From: Botryllus schlosseri
Lineage: Eukaryota
Direction of reading: 5' to 3'
DNA: 64,000 bases
NCBI GenBank assembly: GCA_051294905.1
Contig: CM119386.1
Span: forward strand, 5,952,001 to 6,016,000
Shown: positions 62,601-64,000 of the stretch, one piece after another
How the letters are laid out: every line of letters starts with the position of its first letter
Position numbering within the stretch: the stretch's first letter is position 1
Notes under the pieces: model-generated
The model's database searches: none
Told to the model about the DNA's origin: nothing
The model's input: the letters and a program-made list of their open reading frames with translations, nothing else
Program-made: the position numbers and the translations under genes

Positions 62601-63663
62601 CCCATGCCTCTCTTTTAACCTACATTTCAAAATCCGTATTTGAGCTTTGAATGACAGTCTGATTGGATAGATCTAAGACATCAATTCCATTTTCTGTTTT
62701 CATTAGTTTCACCCCGGCATCGGCCAACGTCCAAGTGAATGTTGCATTGCTGCCGCCTGATATCTGAGCAGTCGCCACCAGAGTCTTGTTTGTCGGAAGA
62801 ATTTTGTTGTTTCTGGGTAAAAAAAGAGAATCTCTGACTGCGTAACTGATTAAGGAGATGCAGCATACCATTGAGAGCTACACTTCATTTTACAAGAAAA
62901 TCGTTTACACTGTAAACCAGTGGTTCCAAAACATTTCAGTTTGTGGTACACTTTTATATAATCATAAAAATCTAGCACGACACACTGACAAGAAAAGAAA
63001 ATCATTCAAACAGATAGGGCATGTTCACTTAGCGAATGACAATCTAAATTTGATTGAATGATGGATCAATGTGACGTCACAGTTGAAAGGGAATTCAATA
63101 GGGAGCATGAAAATATGTTCCGGGAAGTTTAAAAAGCGTAAAATGACATCTTTGAACGACACTGAGGAAATATAGGAAATATCGAAAAATCGGCTCAAAT
63201 TATTTTTGTTCAAAGGTGCTATCTACCTACACGAAACTTTCTGATTTCGGGATTTTATGTTACCAATAAGAGGTTGAAACAAACAGCTAAATTTAATCAA
63301 AATCAGACTCCCAATTTCTTTAATACATCGCGTCAAAATAATAATACATCAAACACTCACTTGAATTGAGCAAGTAATGCCTTTTCATCAAACAGCAAGT
63401 CCTCCAATGTATCGCTATCATAGTCGAAGACCGTTGTTACATAATACTCCGAATAAGCCAAAACCTGTACCACATCAAAGGCGCGGACACACTGCGGTAT
63501 GGTCATGGTCTCGTTGCTAATATCGTTGTACGCTTCTATTGTGATGTCGTAAATTCCAGGATGATCGAAAGAATGCTTCACCTTCACGAATCTCTCGGAG
63601 CCGAACAGGGTTAAGCTCGTCACAGTTGTGTCTGGAGTGCCATCTCCGAAAGATACGGTATAA
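14459..63663 (-). CDS. Polycystin-1-like (PKD1/PKD1L/REJ family) multi-exon gene; 5' end outside the window
   Basis: More than 40 exons were joined by hand, mostly phase-consistently. Domain order is PKD repeats, REJ, GPS (CVCLCDHLTSFG-type), TM1, PLAT/LH2, TM segments, polycystin channel domain and C-terminal coiled coil. A few junctions (45.0-46.6 kb, 49.9-54.1 kb) are unresolved. Confidence 0.93.
15176..15913. mobile_element. GACTCGAGTC-rich MITE copy
   Basis: CAGGG...CCCTG termini and many GACTC/GAGTC motifs; homologous to 20346-22312, 24195-24617 and 48663-49056. Confidence 0.75.
16067..20190 (-). CDS. Polycystin-like gene: TOP and cation-channel domain exons (19955-20190, 19118-19292, 18897-19059, 18441-18606, 17914-18102, 17550-17715, 17223-17491, 16244-16405, 16067-16181)
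   Basis: VGPARLRQIR, VYGGGGY...WIDRHTSAVFVEFTVYNANINLF, LKEFWNFID, MLGRFDF...LGPVFF and NEFELVDF. Confidence 0.93.
16500..16810 (-). repeat. Hammerhead-bearing repeat copy (core 16665-16698 intact, stem I mismatched)
   Basis: Minus strand ACCC-CTGATGA-G...C-GAAA-atat-TC-AGGC; its ~170-nt tail is shared with 30440-30595. Confidence 0.75.
20346..22312. mobile_element. GACTCGAGTC-rich hAT MITE with nested insertions
   Basis: TIR CAGGGT(T)GTAA / TTACAACCCTG, TSD CTTTTTAG/CCTTTTAG; contains MITEs at 20358-20550 and 20834-22125. Confidence 0.85.
21055..21856 (+). mobile_element. 5'-truncated CR1/L2-group LINE (ORF2 C-terminus plus 3' UTR)
   Basis: IYFSLFHPHLLYG..VWG...QNRAIR...HGYSTRS...GPNIWN; ends AATAAAA(TGTC)n. 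Confidence 0.85.
22652..26122 (-). CDS. Polycystin-like gene: TM2-TM5 exons (25976-26122, 25833-25918, 23988-24133, 23146-23326, 22652-22835)
   Basis: FSRPTKSNFTRVQRL, SSLIVIPVNILIVQMFRK, FPHWCLYIAW and WLTAIILSFVQSVFLIQPAKV are typical PKD1-family segments. Confidence 0.9.
24195..24617. mobile_element. GACTCGAGTC-rich MITE copy (partial)
   Basis: Homologous to the copies at 15.2 kb and 48.7 kb. Confidence 0.7.
25130..25705 (+). mobile_element. LINE 3' fragment (second family); related fragments at 12523-12600, 3930-4110 (-) and 14090-14150
   Basis: IANFIYQFH...HKYNTR...KYAGPDVWNSIP with an internal stop; shared 3' UTR ending GCTAATAAACC. Confidence 0.75.
26656..27025. repeat. Palindromic dimer of the hammerhead-bearing repeat
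   Basis: Near-perfect inverted arms of ~177 bp around a 14-nt loop (26833-26846); hammerhead cores at 26691-26724 (-) and 26957-26990 (+). Confidence 0.9.
26957..26990 (+). ncRNA. Minimal type I hammerhead ribozyme, intact
   Basis: TCCC-CTGACGA-GG(gtcag)CC-GAAA-agct-TC^GGGA; stem III is the palindrome AAGCTT; predicted cleavage after 26986. Confidence 0.8.
27280..30134 (-). CDS. Polycystin-like gene: GAIN-B/GPS, TM1 and PLAT/LH2 exons (29985-30134, 29118-29266, 28941-29057, 27945-28183, 27713-27883, 27497-27657, 27280-27440)
   Basis: SCRYWNEKTEKWDTEGC...VCLCDHLTSFG (GPS); YQLIVKTG, RIWHDNSG and WFL...FLCDDWL (PLAT); HLWFS. Confidence 0.92.
30290..30595. repeat. Inverted pair of the hammerhead-bearing repeat, both cores mutated
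   Basis: The minus copy lacks GAAA; the plus copy (30406-30439) has AAAA in place of GAAA. Confidence 0.75.
30650..31093 (+). repeat. 5' LTR
   Basis: Direct repeat of 37534-37977; starts TGTA and ends TGCA. Confidence 0.97.
31144..37314 (+). CDS. BEL/Pao Gag-Pol polyprotein (2056 aa)
   Basis: Three Cys/His knuckles (CIFCKKKGHHIPDC, CYGC...H...C, CKKCGKFH...LH), aspartic protease (ALDSLS), RT (FYMDD), RNase H (HHFSDAS), integrase zinc motif and DDE core (CDVFG, CDCGTNF, ERLIR), in BEL/Pao order. Confidence 0.97.
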   Translation: MEAAATPEKADGSAVQSQTVATSETGADCPAPPSSENVEDVRGSVKKEIVDQIPAKSKSVGSDDPTSSDGTFHGFDQRLVELERQFHETKGEVERYLDATETAMALCANKEEVREEMKRVVSHRNEMKKITEEIISNHAENTETKDFTDSLRLVEIDFKRIRQAVADFMMLPSENGSVRSRARSGAGSRSSRHSQNSRTSLASNKELRHASIREAAALEVKLEFSGQEAEVKKKLVEDEAEMKRQEAEMKKKLVEDEAKLSQLALESQLAEKRAVIKACEQIEKEENPFGLDEEAQCVGSSFAEIKNSVPVLDSGDKVKNFVLSDSHDRPKVTPSTVKFVEPISPTLVVDKAPLPMNHVSYVEPQTTEQKLFVPSPKSPTDHSMLIPSEHQYNVRPRTRIPDIKVWVFDGDETNYIEWENSFKALVEDRVCCVNEKMNLLKQHLGPNPLKVVKSHFLNGTEESYQKAIGDLRDRYGSPVVIGQTFLNRLRAWRYIKEYDKLGLREFSDFLEQVVVNKHYVSELGILDYSSSHMYIVKKLPPSLVEKWRVKVSQYKVETNDKNCYPPFEYFVSFVRDQSELQNMPEFRMLNEDRHSNVTHSAQKISRDKPSVSFGTNVKPDEFDCIFCKKKGHHIPDCVDFEKLPFSERKSYIYDKFLCYGCGEKCTRSHKGQVCTKRVVCKKCGKFHFTSLHLSSAPSVSNCIQVCESETMEIDNTMLVPVWVNPKSDPTKITLCYAALDSLSNRSFVTEEIKSELRLNSKSTHVELSTMSGKDAWPIEKVWNLEVTSYDKMKSVNVAQAYVRDEIPANRTQIPKASACKEWAHLQKVADELPPYLPNAKVGILLGSDVVAALIPREVVAGGDNEPFAMKTDLGWGVVGKICKGVDPNNAICHRIIVQEMNNDANIVLASRAKEIINPNAVKNMFELEFAEHKGKLSSLSVEDRRFLQIISDEIKQRPDKHYEMPLPLRDETVDIPNNKSFVLKRTAQLGKRLAKHDDFRNDYATFMSDILNMYAEKVPNNELDLNNGKVNYLIHMGVYHPRKPNQIRVVFDGSAKYLGMSLNDYLLTGPDLLNKMLGVLCRMRKFDYAMSADLKSMFFQFFVSPKHRDLLRFFWWEDGDVVNGKLIEYRLKVHLFGACSSPSVCNFGLKRAADDGEVEFGTPAADFIRDNFYMDDGIISIDDESEMIALAKSSSALCENFGMKLCKFVSNSRKVIESIEPSDRAKDIKEVDLKKDALPNVRTLGIVWCIENDSLQFRMQLKDCPCTRRGILSTVASIYDPLGLAAVILIEPKAILQSLCKANASWDDPVPQELWMRWEKWRSDIHSIESVHIRRCYKPLEFGKVEHVELHHFSDASNFAYGQCSYVRLVNDKGDVSCSLVMGKARVAPLNKQVSIPRLELSAAVVSSRMSRFLRDELKYENVVEYFWVDSMVVLGYIKNEAKRFHAYVANRVQTIHDHTDVDSWYYVPSAQNPSDDASRGIPVSDFNAKCRWLCGPSFLHVVGPFAAPESTFEPCESEKTVIANEMRKATAFVSNVVQNPTHPTFGVIDPDSLGHFSCWDKCKRSVAKAMRFVAILKKSDPGDLSVSLLQDVECLLVRSAQQECFAKEIETLHSGKPLQKNSALFRLNPFLDSCGMLRLEGRIENSDEPYNVKHPVLIPKKSCITDMLVRHFHERSNHSGRYMTLNLIRQHGYWLINGSSRVTHVIGCCVTCRKLRRPLESQKMAPLPVDRFDTEAPFTYVACDVFGIYYVKEKRSTLKRYCVVFTCLSSRAIHLESLNAMTTDSFINALRRMLARRGPMTQLRCDCGTNFVGASNELKKAAVKLNQTKVKNFLLNEHCDFIEFNFAVPHASHMSGAVERLIRTVKAALNPLLLKFGHILCDESYRTFLAEVENIVNSRPLCVQNLNDPSAPIPLSPQHILTLKSKVLLPPPGVFQKCDIYLVKRWRRVQYLANEFWSKWKREYLSSLQNRSKWNDVKRDFKPGDIVLISDPNQPRNFWKLGRVEVVTPSGDGHIRKATVLVATAELDAKGRRTASSTYVDRPIHKLVLMISVDS
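37523..37533 (+). other. Polypurine tract
   Basis: AAAAGGGGGAG directly abuts the 3' LTR. Confidence 0.9.
37534..37977 (+). repeat. 3' LTR
   Basis: Starts TGTA and ends TACA; preceded by the PPT. Confidence 0.97.
38296..44992 (-). CDS. Polycystin-like gene: C-terminal REJ and GAIN-A exons (44811-44992, 44585-44755, 43812-43918, 43631-43740, 42662-42743, 41826-41936, 41729-41756, 40918-41019, 40238-40355, 39811-39925, 39198-39359, 39015-39134, 38481-38600, 38296-38420)
   Basis: Motifs IECLYNC, NVPPEDGQCDITPQEG, DTFTIHCWDWTDEG, VHVVDEFG and KNPFIW; all junctions are phase-consistent GT-AG. Confidence 0.88.
39985..40210. repeat. Degenerate inverted pair of the hammerhead-bearing repeat
   Basis: Shared flanks (tcgtcagcaa...agagaattg; ctagttgctgacgattaccc); both cores are degraded. 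Confidence 0.7.
46793..47591 (-). CDS. Polycystin-like gene: SUEL/Gal-lectin-like module (exons 47480-47591, 47283-47420, 46793-46884)
   Basis: Spliced translation ITACLGDTVDLVCP...QCNDADSLCPQEAVSSNLQSYCAGKTVCNREMSDLIFG...CITMAYIC follows the SUEL cysteine pattern; phases 1-2-2-1 are consistent. Confidence 0.7.
48305..48385 (-). repeat. Degenerate hammerhead-bearing repeat copy
   Basis: Minus strand CTGATGAGTGTCAGTCGAAAATATCTGGGT; the cleavage triplet is altered. Confidence 0.65.
48405..49829 (-). CDS. Polycystin-like gene: N-terminal REJ exons 49646-49829 and 48405-48600
   Basis: IYLKVYPTPLVPGVLNGNARTVGHDE|VITVTGLGASYDPD...LFYQW contains the REJ 'SYDPD..W' motif. Confidence 0.85.
48663..49056. 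mobile_element. GACTCGAGTC-rich MITE copy
   Basis: CAGGGTTGTAAC ... GTTACAACCCTG. Confidence 0.8.
49231..49398. mobile_element. MITE of the CAATGTTCCCTCTAA family (TGCGCA-rich)
   Basis: Homologous to 20358-20550. Confidence 0.7.
50160..50454 (-). mobile_element. tRNA-derived SINE, same family as 6530-6847
   Basis: Full-length reverse-complement homology; a partial copy lies at about 19480-19605 and a head fragment at 13985-14075. Confidence 0.85.
51278..53298. mobile_element. Non-autonomous hAT-type foldback element with ~815-bp inverted arms
   Basis: Termini TAGGGTTGTCCAAAATT / AATTTTGGACAACCCTA; 8-bp TSD TTGTACAC/TTGTACAT; arms about 51278-52095 and 52491-53298; transposase-like remnant VKVVNDASERGVKVSTDY. 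Confidence 0.88.
53699..53956 (-). CDS. Polycystin-like gene: PKD-like exon
   Basis: CVLMNWGDG...HNFVCEGIYV; acceptor TTTACAG|, donor |GTGAGT. Confidence 0.75.
54892..54925 (-). ncRNA. Minimal type I hammerhead ribozyme, intact, in host-sense orientation
   Basis: Minus strand reads ACCC-CTGACGA-G(tgtcagt)C-GAAA-atat-TC^GGGT; palindrome AATATT. Confidence 0.75.
55328..55361 (+). ncRNA. Minimal type I hammerhead ribozyme, intact
   Basis: ACCC-CTGACGA-G(tgtcagc)C-GAAA-atat-TC^GGGT; predicted cleavage after 55357. Confidence 0.78.
56049..56082 (+). ncRNA. Minimal type I hammerhead ribozyme, intact
   Basis: ACCC-CTGACGA-GT(gtcag)AC-GAAA-atat-TC^GGGT; predicted cleavage after 56078. Confidence 0.8.
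56327..56570 (-). CDS. Polycystin-like gene: PKD-repeat exon
   Basis: RWESAGRHVIDVEASNPVS motif; the phase-2 acceptor matches the donor at 62624; donor CAG|GTGATT. Confidence 0.8.
57442..57690 (+). pseudogene. Degenerate N-terminal fragment of a CGGBP-like/hAT transposase
   Basis: Frameshifted CEGFQESF...VSCDKRFRVESHRSSAKHQ...FKSKLVEAF; family assignment is from motif memory only. Confidence 0.5.
58543..58836. mobile_element. hAT MITE with CAGTGGTTCTCAAAC TIR
   Basis: Perfect 15-bp TIR; TSD TTCTAAGG/TTTTAAGG. Confidence 0.8.
58852..61731. mobile_element. Probable 2.9-kb non-autonomous TIR element
   Basis: TAGGGTT / AACCCTA termini, CCGGTTAACCGG and GGATATC subterminal motifs at both ends, degenerate TSD GTGAATGC/GTAAATAC. 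Confidence 0.55.
61325..61602 (-). mobile_element. Second SINE-like family (tRNA-like head at 61515-61600)
   Basis: Minus-strand head GGCGAGATAGCGCAGTGG...GGGTTCGGGTCC; body fragments recur at 12600-12700, 23790-23850, 25060-25130 and 28660-28770. Confidence 0.55.
62624..63663 (-). CDS. Polycystin-like gene: PKD-repeat exons 63361-63663 and 62624-62812
   Basis: Motifs YTVSFGDG...VKHSFDHPGIYDITIEAYNDIS and GGSNATFTW; canonical AG/GT sites; phase 2-2 join. Confidence 0.85.
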
Positions 63664-64000
63664 CTACAAAGGCAAAAAAAAAACAGTGCACAATCTCAGT
63701 TACTGTCAGTCACACATGACAAACAAATGGATTATGTCTCGAGCAACATCTATTTTTAATTCAGCTTACAGTAATATCGTCAATCAACACTACTGACAGT
63801 TGGTAACCAAATATTTGTCAACTCACCGCCAAACAGCTGAAGCTGTACCGGATCCGGATTGAATAATCCGGCAATTTCAAGGTGAAAATTGAAAAATTTC
63901 GAAACATTATTTGATATAACGGTATATATCTCGGTAATTACAATTAACACATAGAGTAAAGTCCGTGTAGCATCTCGAAACGTTAATATTAATTTGTGAA

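Overview
This is AT-rich, intron-dense animal genomic DNA (short introns of about 55-70 bp; an invertebrate such as a tunicate or other deuterostome is inferred, not proven). There are two host genes, both on the minus strand. The first is the 5' coding exon of a Maf-family bZIP factor at the left edge. The second is about 50 kb of a multi-exon polycystin-1-like gene (PKD repeats, REJ with an inserted SUEL-like lectin module, GAIN/GPS, PLAT/LH2, polycystin channel, coiled-coil tail) that begins beyond the right edge. Its introns contain an intact, young BEL/Pao LTR retrotransposon (30650-37977), a 2-kb hAT-type foldback, nested MITEs, tRNA-derived SINEs and LINE 3' fragments. Two signals stand out. 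(1) A dispersed ~180-350 bp repeat family carries a minimal type I hammerhead ribozyme (11 copies, 4 intact, covariation in all three stems), arranged as inverted pairs and one direct pair 721 bp apart, as in Penelope pseudo-LTRs or retrozymes. (2) The BEL/Pao element has no TGG tRNA-type PBS; instead the 11 nt after the 5' LTR are the exact complement of a sequence inside the LTR, the geometry of Tf1-style self-priming. All exon and motif calls were made by hand without database searches.
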